In this document: in pieces, positions 47,069-56,361 of the stretch
Layout: every line of letters starts with the position of its first letter
Position numbering within the stretch: position 1 is the stretch's first letter
Origin: Clostridia bacterium
Lineage (GTDB): Bacteria; Bacillota; Clostridia; TANB77; CAG-508
Assembly (NCBI GenBank): GCA_017510245.1
Contig: JAFWNQ010000004.1
Span: forward strand, 4,726-68,725
Length of the DNA: 64,000 nt
Direction of reading: 5' to 3'
Notes under the pieces: model-generated
What the model was told of the DNA's origin: nothing
The model's database searches: none
Seen by the model: the letters and a program-made list of their open reading frames with translations, nothing else
Made by a program: the position numbers and the translations under genes

Positions 47069-47980
47069 GTGAAAATAGGGATTGATATTGGTGGAAGCCA
47101 CATTGCCACAGGAGTTGTTGAAGAAAATGGTAAACTTCTAGGAAAAGAAACAAGAGATATTAATATGGCAGATATAAATGACGAAAAAAGGGCACAGAAT
47201 ATTATTGTTGATACTATAAATAATGAAATAAAACTATTAATAGAAAGATATGATTATTCACTTTCTGATATTTCAAAAATTGGGATAGCTGTTCCAGGAA
47301 GTCCAACAGAAACTTCGATAAGGAGATTAGTGAACTTACATATTAATAATTTTAATATTGCTGAAAAATTGAGTTCTATTTATAAAACAAAAATAAGAAT
47401 AAAAAATGATGGAAAATGTGCTGGAATAGCAGAAAAAAAATATGGTGCATTAACAGGAAGTGATGATTGCGTTTTTTTATGCCTTGGAACAGGTGTTGGT
47501 AGTGCAGTTTTTCTTAATGGAAAGTTGTTAGAACCAAAGCAGAATCCAGGTTTTGAGTTTGGACATATGATTATACAAAAAGATGGAATAAAATGTAATT
47601 GTGGTAAAAAAGGATGTTTTGAAACATATGCTTCTATGAAAAGGTTTAAGTCAAATGCAATAAAGGAATTAAGGCTCCCAAAGAATATAGAATCAGAAGA
47701 GTTGCAAAATTATATTAGAAAGAATATAAAAAAACAAAATGTATCTAGATATGTAGATAGATATATTGAATATGTGAGCTTAGGTGTGTCAAATATTATT
47801 AATATTTTTGAGCCAGAAGAAATATGCTTTGGTGGAAGTTTTTCATACTATTCTGACATATTTTTGCCTAAAATGGCAGAAAAGATAAAGCCATTGATAT
47901 TTAACAAAGATACTAAACTAAGACTTGTTAGTGCAAAACTTAAGAATGATGCTGGAATTATAGGAGCAACAGAAATCTAA
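47069..47980 (+). CDS. ROK-family glucokinase
   Basis: GIDIGGSHIATGVV and the ROK zinc motif CNCGKKGCFETYAS. Confidence 0.85.
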   Translation: MKIGIDIGGSHIATGVVEENGKLLGKETRDINMADINDEKRAQNIIVDTINNEIKLLIERYDYSLSDISKIGIAVPGSPTETSIRRLVNLHINNFNIAEKLSSIYKTKIRIKNDGKCAGIAEKKYGALTGSDDCVFLCLGTGVGSAVFLNGKLLEPKQNPGFEFGHMIIQKDGIKCNCGKKGCFETYASMKRFKSNAIKELRLPKNIESEELQNYIRKNIKKQNVSRYVDRYIEYVSLGVSNIINIFEPEEICFGGSFSYYSDIFLPKMAEKIKPLIFNKDTKLRLVSAKLKNDAGIIGATEI

Positions 47981-48116
47981 AAATTAAATATGCTTTTGAA
48001 TTACTAATAATAATTTGAATAGATAAAAAAATGCACACATATTGAATAGGTATATATAGATTTTGAAATAGTAGTCTATAAATACTCAAATCAAAATGTG
48101 TGCTTAATGTTTATTA

Positions 48117-48269
48117 TTACTTGTTTTTTGGAACTATAATATTGTCTTTTTTTTGATCCTTTTCTTTTATTTCAAATGCAAGATTATCTTTAACTTTAGA
48201 AATATTTAAATCTTTTGGATCTCCTTCAACTATTTCTATTTTTTTTTCATTCTCATTATGTTCTTCCAT
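48117..48269 (-). CDS. Small charged protein (50 aa), unannotated in the ORF track
   Basis: MEEHNENEKKIEIVEGDPKDLNISKVKDNLAFEIKEKDQKKDNIIVPKNK. GGAGGTG RBS 4 nt upstream. Confidence 0.45.
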   Translation of the reverse strand: MEEHNENEKKIEIVEGDPKDLNISKVKDNLAFEIKEKDQKKDNIIVPKNK

Positions 48270-48440
48270 AATACACCTCCAATAATGTAATACGTATTTA
48301 ATTATAACTTATATATAAAAAAAAATCAAATTAAACTAAAAGAATACTTTATACGCATATCTAGATAATGTAATCTATTGATATTATTGCTTGACGTTGA
48401 TATTTTTTTGATGTTATAATATAAAAATGAGAGGTTGATT

Positions 48441-49010
48441 ATGAATAGAGATGAGATAAAAGGTACCATAGAAGCAATACTATTTGCTAGTGGTAGAATA
48501 GTTAAGGTAAAAGAACTTATTAGTATATTAGAACTAAACTTTGATGATATTAGCAAAATCATTTCAGAGATGCAGATGGAATATGAAAATGCTAATCGAG
48601 GAATTGAGATTATTAGAATTGAAGATGGATTTACTCTAGCATCAAAAAAAGAGTATCATGAATTCTTATATCCTGCATTAGACAAAAGAATAAAACCTAA
48701 TTTATCTCAAGCCTCATTGGAGGTATTATCAATAATTGCTTACAATCAAAGAGTGACAAAGGCAGATATTGATTCAATTAGAGGAGTGGATTCAAGTGCA
48801 TCTTTATACAGACTACAAGAATACAATCTTATTGAACATGCTGGAAAGGCAGACTTACCAGGAAAGCCAATGACCTACAAAACTACTGATAATTTTTTAA
48901 AGATGTTTGGCTTAAAAAGTTTAAAAGAATTACCTGAATTACCTAAATATAAGTTTGATACTAGTAGACAAATAGTAATTGAGGATATTGAAAGTGAGAA
49001 TGAAGAATAA
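48441..49010 (+). CDS. scpB: Segregation and condensation protein B
   Basis: IEAILFASG..., LSQASLEVLSIIAYNQRVTKADIDSIRGV, PGKPMTYKTT. Own TTGACG/TATAAT promoter. Confidence 0.9.
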   Translation: MNRDEIKGTIEAILFASGRIVKVKELISILELNFDDISKIISEMQMEYENANRGIEIIRIEDGFTLASKKEYHEFLYPALDKRIKPNLSQASLEVLSIIAYNQRVTKADIDSIRGVDSSASLYRLQEYNLIEHAGKADLPGKPMTYKTTDNFLKMFGLKSLKELPELPKYKFDTSRQIVIEDIESENEE

Positions 49011-49071
49011 AAAAGTACACTTTATTAAGCAACAAAAAAATGCTTTTATAAAGTGTATTTTTTTATTTATT

Positions 49072-49605
49072 TTATTCCTCAGTAAGAGTTTTTAGCAATT
49101 CTGGATAGAGTGCATTTGCATTCTTTTTCCAATTTTCAACAATATGTTGAGCTTGACTACGAGAATAGGCCATAGTTTTAATTTCAAATACTACTTCGCC
49201 CATTTCTATAATTTTACATTCTACTTCATATTCATTTTCACTTTTAGGAGTGAACTCAGCAACAATAGATTCTTCGTTTTCAAAACTCTCAATTTTACTT
49301 TTAAAATTTGTATCAACTTTTAATTTTATAATTCCGGGTAATATATCTAATGTTAAGTCAAGGGTATTTTTACCTGATTCAGTAATCTCATATACGTTTT
49401 GTGTTTCTTTTTCATAACAAATAACGTATTTTACATTTATTAAATCTAGTAAAAACTGTTCAAAATAAAAATAATTTAACTCTACAGCTGAACTCAAAAT
49501 TGTATATAAGGCATCATTTGTGATTGGTTTGTTGACACGGCTTAATATATAAAGTATTAATACTTTATTTTCGGCGAGTGTTTCACTATCAGACGTAATT
49601 TTCAA
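49072..49605 (-). CDS. DUF4364-like winged-helix protein
   Basis: ENKVLILYILSRVNKPITNDALYTIL is a PadR/DUF4364-like N-terminus. TTG start after GGAGGA. Confidence 0.5.
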   Translation of the reverse strand: MKITSDSETLAENKVLILYILSRVNKPITNDALYTILSSAVELNYFYFEQFLLDLINVKYVICYEKETQNVYEITESGKNTLDLTLDILPGIIKLKVDTNFKSKIESFENEESIVAEFTPKSENEYEVECKIIEMGEVVFEIKTMAYSRSQAQHIVENWKKNANALYPELLKTLTEE

Positions 49606-49742
49606 AATTAATCCTCCTTATATTAAACTAAAAATATTATAGCACATTATTATGGGCATTGCAAATAAAACGATTTTAGTATAAATGAAAATTGACTAGA
49701 ATAATAATATATATTATAATAACTAATGCGGAGGTAATTGTA

Positions 49743-50450
49743 ATGCGAATGAAATTTAAGCCTTGGGCAAGGGAAGAATTAGAAACCAGTCCATTCTACA
49801 TTGATAATCCTCAAAACTATAAAAATAAGTGGAAAACTTCTTTTGAAAAAGAACAAGAACTGCATATCGAACTTGGATGTGGAAAAGGAAACTTTATAGC
49901 TGAATTATCAAAGAATAATCAAGGAACAAATTATATTGCAATTGATTTGATAGATGCAATGCTGGGAATGGCGAAACGAAATGTAGAAGTTAGTTATGGA
50001 ATTAGAAAATCTACTGCTAAAGAATATGTAGAAGATGAAATAAAAAAACAAGAAATAATAAAGAATTTGAAATTAACTAGGTATGATATTTCAAATATTG
50101 CAGATATATTTGGAAAAGATGATAATGTAAAAAGGATATATATTAATTTTTGTAATCCATGGCCACGTGGAAAACATCATAAAAAAAGACTTACACATGA
50201 AAGACAGTTAAATCAATATAAAGAATTTTTAGATGGTGAAATATTCTTTAAAACAGATGATGATAATTTGTTTGAAGATTCTCTTAAATACTTTGATAGA
50301 TGTGACTATGAAATAAAGAAAATGTCAAGAGATTTAGCTAGTGAAAATGGCTTTTGGAATGAAGAAGAAAATATAGAAACTGAACATGAAAAGATGTTCA
50401 AAGCAGAAGGAATAAAAATAAAGGCTTTAATAGCGATAAATCATAATTAA
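49743..50450 (+). CDS. trmB: tRNA (guanine-N7)-methyltransferase
   Basis: FKPWAREEL, ELGCGKGNF, FCNPWP. Start set to ATG 49743 after GGAGG. Confidence 0.88.
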   Translation: MRMKFKPWAREELETSPFYIDNPQNYKNKWKTSFEKEQELHIELGCGKGNFIAELSKNNQGTNYIAIDLIDAMLGMAKRNVEVSYGIRKSTAKEYVEDEIKKQEIIKNLKLTRYDISNIADIFGKDDNVKRIYINFCNPWPRGKHHKKRLTHERQLNQYKEFLDGEIFFKTDDDNLFEDSLKYFDRCDYEIKKMSRDLASENGFWNEEENIETEHEKMFKAEGIKIKALIAINHN

Positions 50451-50632
50451 TAGTTTACAGATAGTTTTTTTCTTTTTATGTTTGATTTTGATTAGAATTT
50501 GTGCACATTCTTACTTCATTTGATTACTGAATAAATTACATAAAAAAAATATTGTATTTTATGTATTTGCAAAATAAGATTTTAATGTTATAATACCTCT
50601 TGTGAGAAAGAATACTATTGATAGGAGAAGAT

Positions 50633-51277
50633 ATGAATTTAATAGATTTTATTATACATATAGATAAATATTTAGGAGAAATTATACAAAATTTTGGGGT
50701 AATAACATACGCAATATTGTTTATGATAATATTTTGTGAGACTGGACTAGTAGTTACACCATTTTTGCCGGGAGATTCCCTTATTTTTGCGGGGGCCGCT
50801 TTTGCAGCGATTGGAAGTTTAAATGTTTGGATATTATATGTAGTAATACTATTTGCAGCCTTTTTAGGGGACACAGTAAACTACGAAATTGGTAAAAAGA
50901 TTGGAGCTAAAATAGAGGAAAAAGAAAATCCAAAGCTTATAAAAAAAGAGTATTTAGAAAGAACTCATAATTTTTTTGAAAAACATGGTGGCAAATCAAT
51001 TGTTTTAGCTAGGTTTGTTCCAATAGTAAGAACTTTTGCACCATTTGTAGCAGGATCTGGAAAGATGAATTACTTTAATTTTTTAAAGTATAATTTACTG
51101 GGTAGCGTTTTATGGGTATCTTTATGTGTTGGAGCAGGATACTTCTTTGGAAACATAGAATTTGTAAAGAATAATTTTTCACTTGTTATTCTTGCAATAG
51201 TTTTTGTATCTGTAATGCCTTTAGCAATAAGTATATTATTAAACAAAATCAAAGCAAAAAAAGAAGAAAAAGAGTAA
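50633..51277 (+). CDS. DedA-family membrane protein
   Basis: ETGLVVTPFLPGDSLIFAAG and ARFVPIVRTFAPFVAG motifs. Confidence 0.88.
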   Translation: MNLIDFIIHIDKYLGEIIQNFGVITYAILFMIIFCETGLVVTPFLPGDSLIFAGAAFAAIGSLNVWILYVVILFAAFLGDTVNYEIGKKIGAKIEEKENPKLIKKEYLERTHNFFEKHGGKSIVLARFVPIVRTFAPFVAGSGKMNYFNFLKYNLLGSVLWVSLCVGAGYFFGNIEFVKNNFSLVILAIVFVSVMPLAISILLNKIKAKKEEKE

Positions 51278-51290
51278 TAAGGAGATTAAA

Positions 51291-51494
51291 ATGCAAGATA
51301 TAGTATTAAAAGTTAATGGAATGATGTGCTCAGGTTGCGAGAAAAGAGTACAAAATGTTGTTTCAAGTATTGAGAATGTCAAAGAAGTAAAAGCAGATCA
51401 CGAAAAAGGAACTGTTACAATTAAGGTAGATGTAAATGTTAATATTGATGAGATAAAATCTGCTATAAGAGATTTAGAATACGAAGTTGAATAA
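51291..51494 (+). CDS. copZ: Heavy-metal-associated domain copper chaperone
   Basis: GMMCSGCEKRV metal-binding motif, 67 aa. Confidence 0.85.
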   Translation: MQDIVLKVNGMMCSGCEKRVQNVVSSIENVKEVKADHEKGTVTIKVDVNVNIDEIKSAIRDLEYEVE

Positions 51495-51525
51495 AGTAAT
51501 ATAAAAAAATATTTCGTTCTAATAA

Positions 51526-51569
51526 CCTCCTAAAACGAATACAATTTACAAAGTATTCATTTTAGGAGG
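51526..51569 (+). promoter_or_regulatory. Hairpin sequestering the spoIIID ribosome-binding site
   Basis: CCTCCTAAAAcGAATAC-aatttacaaa-GTATTCaTTTTAGGAGG. The 3' arm is the SD, 7 nt before ATG 51577. Confidence 0.6.
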
Positions 51570-51576
51570 ATTTTCT

Positions 51577-51834
51577 ATGAGAGGCGATTCAATTGAAGAG
51601 CGAGTAGTAATGCTGGCTAATTACATTATAGATTCTAAAGACACAGTTAGAGGAGCAGCTAAAAAATTTGGAGTAAGCAAGTCTACTGTACACAAAGATC
51701 TAACAGATAGGTTATTGATTATTAATCCTAATTTAGCTGTAAAAGTTAGAAAAGTACTTGATGAAAATAAAGCTGAGAGACATATTAGAGGAGGAATGGC
51801 AACTAAAATGAAGTACATGAGATTAAAAAGATAA
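51577..51834 (+). CDS. spoIIID: Stage III sporulation protein D (DNA-binding regulator)
   Basis: IEERVVMLANYII....TVR.AAKKFGVSKSTVHKDLT.RL is typical of SpoIIID. Confidence 0.9.
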   Translation: MRGDSIEERVVMLANYIIDSKDTVRGAAKKFGVSKSTVHKDLTDRLLIINPNLAVKVRKVLDENKAERHIRGGMATKMKYMRLKR

Positions 51835-51961
51835 GTTTATACATTACTTTTGTATAAAAAACATACAAAAAACAAAAAAATACTAAAAAACACTTGAATT
51901 AATTACATTTTTGTGGTAATATAGTTATTAGTCGATAAAATAAGCATAGGAGGTGCATGAG

Positions 51962-52162
51962 ATGGCAAAATGTGATTTATGTGGAAAAACAGTTTCAACA
52001 ACTGGTAATAGAATAAGTATAGCTCGTTCACATGTTAGTAGAAGAGCTCATAGAACATGGAAACCAAATCTAAGAACAGTAAGAGTTCAAGCAAATGGTG
52101 AAAATAAGAAAATGCATGTATGCTCTAAATGCTTACGTTCAGCTAAATTAAAAAATGCATAA
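51962..52162 (+). CDS. rpmB: 50S ribosomal protein L28
   Basis: MAKCDLCGK....GNRISIARSH..RR.WKPNL. Start set to ATG 51962. Confidence 0.92.
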   Translation: MAKCDLCGKTVSTTGNRISIARSHVSRRAHRTWKPNLRTVRVQANGENKKMHVCSKCLRSAKLKNA

Positions 52163-52200
52163 GTAAAGTTAATAAATTATTAGATTTGTGATAATCGTAA

Positions 52201-52224
52201 GGGCGACCAATGGTCGCCCTTTTT
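52201..52224 (+). terminator. Rho-independent terminator after rpmB
   Basis: GGGCGACC-aa-tGGTCGCCC then TTTTT. Confidence 0.85.
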
Positions 52225-52279
52225 GGATTCTATAGTTCTAGAATTGTATAATTCCTATATAATTTAATATCATATGTAA

Positions 52280-52360
52280 TTATTAATCTTCTTTTATTCC
52301 AAAAACTATTTTTACAAATCCTCGAAGCCACTTAGGAACTTTTTTTACAACAACTGTCAT
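52280..52360 (-). CDS. spoVM: Stage V sporulation protein M (26 aa), unannotated in the ORF track
   Basis: MTVVVKKVPKWLRGFVKIVFGIKEDL aligns without gaps to B. subtilis SpoVM MKFYTIKLPKFLGGIVRAMLGSFRKD. GAGAGGA RBS. Next to rpmB, as in B. subtilis. Confidence 0.7.
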
Positions 52361-52417
52361 TCTACATCCTCTCTACGTTCATTAAATTTAGATAACTAAA
52401 ATTAGAACGATTTTGTA

Positions 52418-52570
52418 CTATTTTTGACATAAGAAAAGTAAGCCAACTAATATTACGGCGCAGCCAATAATGAATAGCCACCCTGATAGAGGAAGTAATA
52501 TAACAAGTAGAACACCTAAACCAAATCCGATTAAACAAGTAGCAAGGAGCTTCTTTAGTATTCTGAACAT
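52418..52570 (-). CDS. Small two-TM membrane protein (50 aa), unannotated in the ORF track
   Basis: MFRILKKLLATCLIGFGLGVLLVILLPLSGWLFIIGCAVILVGLLFLCQK. GGAGGTAATCT precedes the ATG. Confidence 0.55.
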   Translation of the reverse strand: MFRILKKLLATCLIGFGLGVLLVILLPLSGWLFIIGCAVILVGLLFLCQK

Positions 52571-52711
52571 AGATTACCTCCTTTGTTACATTATATGTAA
52601 AATTAATAATAAAGTTACTTTATGTTATTATGAAGTAGATAATTAAATTCAAAAAAAAATCTTCCCATAATTATTATTTTATGTTATAGTAATAATGGAG
52701 GAAAATAATAA

Positions 52712-54388
52712 ATGAATCATAAAAAAGCAAAAACTAAGATTAACCATGCAATTAGGAGAACAACAATAATACTAATTATGCTGGCTTGTATCATTATGCT
52801 GATTAATCTAGCACCAAATTATATAAAAATTAGTAAATTGGAAAACACAAGATTAGTAATAAACAACAATGATGTAACCAATAGTTTAAAAACACCTATA
52901 GTAGAAAATGGTGATGAACACTTTTTATCTTTAGCTGATTTTAGAAATTTCTTTGATGAATATTTAGTAGAAGATTCTAGTAGTATAATAACAACTTCAA
53001 ATACTAAAACTGTAAAAATTCAAAAAAACAATAATAGAATACAAGTAAATGGATCTGAAGTTTCAATAAAGCATGCTTCAATGACAGCAAATGAAAAAAC
53101 ATATTTACCAATTAAAGATATGTCAAATGTTTATGGGTATGAATATAATTATAGTAAAGAGAATAATACAATTATAATCAGTTCATTAAATAAAAAACTA
53201 GTACAAGCTATTAGTTCAAAAAACCAATCGATTAAATATAGACCTACAAAGATTTCGAGGACAATTGAGAAAGTAAAAAGAGGAGAAGTTATAACAATAG
53301 TTCAGGATACAGCAAAAGATTGTGATGTTGAAATTAATAGCTGGTACAGAGTAAGAACTCAAAATGGAAATCTAGGATATATAAAAAAGAATAATGTTAT
53401 AGAAAGAAAAGTAGTTAGAGATAATCTAAGTACTAATCAAATATCAGGTAAGGTGAACTTGGTTTGGGATTATTATGAACCAGGAGAAAGTGCACCAAAA
53501 AGAGAAGGTGGCATAGAAGGAGTAAATGCTGTTTCACCATCGTTTTACCAGTTGAATGAGGATGGAACTATAAGTAAAAATGTATCAAAAGAATATATTG
53601 AATGGGCTCATTTTAATAATTATAAAGTTTGGCCAACTCTTTCTAATGTACAACTCAACAATATTGACACTATGTCTAAAATCTTAAGCACGTATGATTC
53701 AAGAGCAAATTTAATTGAGAACATTGTTAAAACATTGACTGAAAATAATGTTGACGGAGTAAATATTGATTTTGAAAATATGTATAAAGAAGATAAGGAC
53801 AAATTTTCAAGATTTATAATAGAATTATCACCAAGATTAAGAGATATTGGAATGAATATATGTGTTGATGTAACAGAGCCTGATGGTTCTGATACATGGT
53901 CGTTATGCTACAACAGAAATGTAATAGGAAATGCTGCGGATTATATTGTATTTGTAGCATATGATCAGCACAATTCTTCATCAAAAAATGCAGGCTCAAA
54001 TGCAAGCTATAGTTGGATAGAGATGAATATTAAAAAGTTTATTGAGCAAGAAGTTGTATCACCAAATAAAATAATATTAGCAAATGCATTTTATACAAGA
54101 CTTTGGAAAGAGGAAGAAGGAAGTATATCTTGTACAGTTGTTAATATGAATGACATTAGTATACCATCAGAAGTTCAAAAACAATGGAATGACAATGACA
54201 AGCAATATTATATTGAATATAGTAAAGATGATGCAGTATATAAAATGTGGATTGAAGATCAAGAATCTATATCTGCGAAAATGGATTTAGTTAACAAATA
54301 CAAATTAGCTGGTGCGGGATTTTGGGAAAAAGATAGAGAAAACAATGAAGTATGGCATATCATAAAAAATAAATTGAATACTAATTAG
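52712..54388 (+). CDS. Glycoside hydrolase family 18 protein (YaaH/SleL-like spore peptidoglycan hydrolase) with N-terminal stalk and SH3-like domains
   Basis: GH18 catalytic motif DGVNIDFE. N-terminal TM, copper-amine-oxidase-N-like region, SH3-like segment (WYRVRTQNGNLGYI). Confidence 0.8.
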   Translation: MNHKKAKTKINHAIRRTTIILIMLACIIMLINLAPNYIKISKLENTRLVINNNDVTNSLKTPIVENGDEHFLSLADFRNFFDEYLVEDSSSIITTSNTKTVKIQKNNNRIQVNGSEVSIKHASMTANEKTYLPIKDMSNVYGYEYNYSKENNTIIISSLNKKLVQAISSKNQSIKYRPTKISRTIEKVKRGEVITIVQDTAKDCDVEINSWYRVRTQNGNLGYIKKNNVIERKVVRDNLSTNQISGKVNLVWDYYEPGESAPKREGGIEGVNAVSPSFYQLNEDGTISKNVSKEYIEWAHFNNYKVWPTLSNVQLNNIDTMSKILSTYDSRANLIENIVKTLTENNVDGVNIDFENMYKEDKDKFSRFIIELSPRLRDIGMNICVDVTEPDGSDTWSLCYNRNVIGNAADYIVFVAYDQHNSSSKNAGSNASYSWIEMNIKKFIEQEVVSPNKIILANAFYTRLWKEEEGSISCTVVNMNDISIPSEVQKQWNDNDKQYYIEYSKDDAVYKMWIEDQESISAKMDLVNKYKLAGAGFWEKDRENNEVWHIIKNKLNTN

Positions 54389-54436
54389 GAATATAAATAA
54401 AACCACTTGCATATAATTATGTAGGTGGTTTTATTT

Positions 54437-55348
54437 ATGAATATTGGGTATGTAAAAAAAGCAAAAAAAATTGAGAGTGACGGAATAAAAAGCTATTTTT
54501 ATAACGTTTTGACAAACATAAAAATGATATTTAATTATGTAGAAAAGGACAAGTACAAAACTAATGTGTTTACTGTATATAATTTTAATGATAAAAGCCA
54601 AAGAAAACTAAAAGAAAAACTGAAAAAAAACAATATAGAGGCTTTAGTTGTTGAAAATAATAATAATATTATTAATTATTATAAAATTGAAAGTGGATAC
54701 TTATTAAAATATATGGCACCAGAAATAATAGATTTATGTTTTAAATTTGTAAAACCTATATTGGATGAAATATATATATGCACTAACATCTTTAATTATG
54801 AAAATGTACAGATAATAGAATCATTGGTAAGTAAGGTAAAAATAGTAAATATTGTATCAAAAAATCAAAACTATTGTAGATTAGAAAAAAGACTGGAAGA
54901 AAAAGGTATATTTATTACAGTTTCTAAAAATAGAAGAAAAAGCTTAAAAAAAGCAAATATTGTTTTAAACTTAGATTTTGAAGATTTTAGTGAATACAAC
55001 ATTAATCGACATCTTATACTAATAGATGTAACAGGAAAATCCCGTTTACCTGAAGGATTTAATGGAATTATAATTAGAAAGATAAGAGTTAATACTAAAA
55101 AAATATTAAGAGTTTTTAGTGAATTTGAAAATTTTGAAAAAGAAGAACTATTGGAAGCGGAATTAGTTAAAATAGGAAACTATGAAAAAGTAAGGAATTA
55201 TATTGATTTAAACAAAATATATGTTGAAGAATTATATAATAAAAAGTTAATAGATAATAGCGAGTTTAAAAGAGTAAAAGAGCTTAATGAACAAAAAAAT
55301 AAAAAGAACCCCTCCAGACTTACAGCAGTAAGAATGGAGGGGGGATGA
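54437..55348 (+). CDS. Hypothetical protein
   Basis: Long ORF with no motif recognised. Its 3' end is overlapped by the terminator of the convergent gene. Confidence 0.5.
   Translation: MNIGYVKKAKKIESDGIKSYFYNVLTNIKMIFNYVEKDKYKTNVFTVYNFNDKSQRKLKEKLKKNNIEALVVENNNNIINYYKIESGYLLKYMAPEIIDLCFKFVKPILDEIYICTNIFNYENVQIIESLVSKVKIVNIVSKNQNYCRLEKRLEEKGIFITVSKNRRKSLKKANIVLNLDFEDFSEYNINRHLILIDVTGKSRLPEGFNGIIIRKIRVNTKKILRVFSEFENFEKEELLEAELVKIGNYEKVRNYIDLNKIYVEELYNKKLIDNSEFKRVKELNEQKNKKNPSRLTAVRMEGG
55290..55344 (-). terminator. Rho-independent terminator of the 55353-55622 gene
   Basis: CCCCTCCA (55309-55316) pairs with TGGAGGGG (55335-55342). The T-tract is on the minus strand only. Confidence 0.7.
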
Positions 55349-55352
55349 TACT

Positions 55353-55622
55353 CTAGAAAAGAAGACGAGCTGTTTCGCAGATTTCGTCAATCTTCTCCAT
55401 AGCGGGCACCTCAATAAAAATTGTAGGAGTCCTTTCTAAACTAACAGCACTAAGCATATCTGATATAACTTCGCAACGATACTTGCAGTTACGCCCACTA
55501 AAAAAAGAAAATGGGCAGAAAATATCTTGGCTGACTGATTTGCATCCATCAAAATACTTATGAGTAATGATGAATCCATTTTTGTCAAGCCGAATTTTTA
55601 CCTTGCTAGACTGATTAGACAT
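55353..55622 (-). CDS. Hypothetical Cys-containing small protein (89 aa)
   Basis: ORF with its own terminator and five Cys. No family recognised. Confidence 0.55.
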   Translation of the reverse strand: MSNQSSKVKIRLDKNGFIITHKYFDGCKSVSQDIFCPFSFFSGRNCKYRCEVISDMLSAVSLERTPTIFIEVPAMEKIDEICETARLLF

Positions 55623-55775
55623 AGTACATCCTTTCGCCGAAGCTCAACTTAAAATAATTATATAACAATCAACTTAAAAAGTCAACATAATTATTAAAAC
55701 GAAATATAATATTATTAGAATTTACTACTAGTATTTATTATTTTTTACAAAACTAAAGAAAAGAATTAAAAAATA

Positions 55776-55804
55776 TTGACAAAATTAGTAAATTAGTTTA
55801 ATAT
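55776..55804 (+). promoter_or_regulatory. SigA-type promoter of greA
   Basis: TTGACA (55776-55781), 17 nt spacer, TAATAT. Confidence 0.65.
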
Positions 55805-55843
55805 ATAGGAACATTCAACTAATATGCCAAGGAGGGTAAAACT

Positions 55844-56326
55844 ATGGAAAGTGAAGAAGTACTATTAACACAAGAAGGATATGATAAATTAGAAAGTGAA
55901 TTAGAACATTTAAAGGTTGTTCAAAGAAGTGAAATAGCTGAGAGAATTAAAATAGCACTTGGATATGGTGATTTATCTGAAAATTCAGAATACGATGAGG
56001 CAAAGTCTGCCCAAGAGTTAAATGAAAATAAAATTATTGAATTAGAAAATAAATTAAGACATGCTAAAATTATTGATGAATCAGAAATCGATACAAAGAC
56101 AGTTCAAGTTGGAAACAAAGTTAAAGTTCATGATATGGATTTTGATGAAGACATAGAATATACAATAGTTGGATCAACAGAAGTTAACTTAGCAGAAAAC
56201 AAAATATCTAATGAGTCACCAATAGGTTCAGCTTTAATAGGATCAAAAAAAGGTGCAACAGTAGAAGCTGATTTACCTAATGGAGGAGTAGCAAAATTAA
56301 AGATTCTTTCAATTAAAATAAAATAG
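55844..56326 (+). CDS. greA: Transcription elongation factor GreA
   Basis: LTQEGYDKLESELEHLK....EIAERIK.A...GDLSENSEYDEAK. Confidence 0.93.
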   Translation: MESEEVLLTQEGYDKLESELEHLKVVQRSEIAERIKIALGYGDLSENSEYDEAKSAQELNENKIIELENKLRHAKIIDESEIDTKTVQVGNKVKVHDMDFDEDIEYTIVGSTEVNLAENKISNESPIGSALIGSKKGATVEADLPNGGVAKLKILSIKIK

Positions 56327-56361
56327 TATTATATTATATCTAATATGGATTATACTAATAA

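Noticed and set aside
48033-48103. Long imperfect hairpin (GCACACATATTGA...TCAAAATGTGTGC, 13-bp stem with one mismatch, 45-nt loop) as a possible sRNA
   Set aside because: It lies between two convergent genes, flanked by an A-run and T-rich sequence. The simplest reading is a bidirectional terminator, with no further evidence for an independent RNA gene.
55309-55342. GC-rich hairpin as a terminator for the + strand gene 54437-55348
   Set aside because: The T-tract is on the minus strand only, so it terminates the convergent 55353-55622 gene. It lies inside the 3' end of the + ORF rather than after it.
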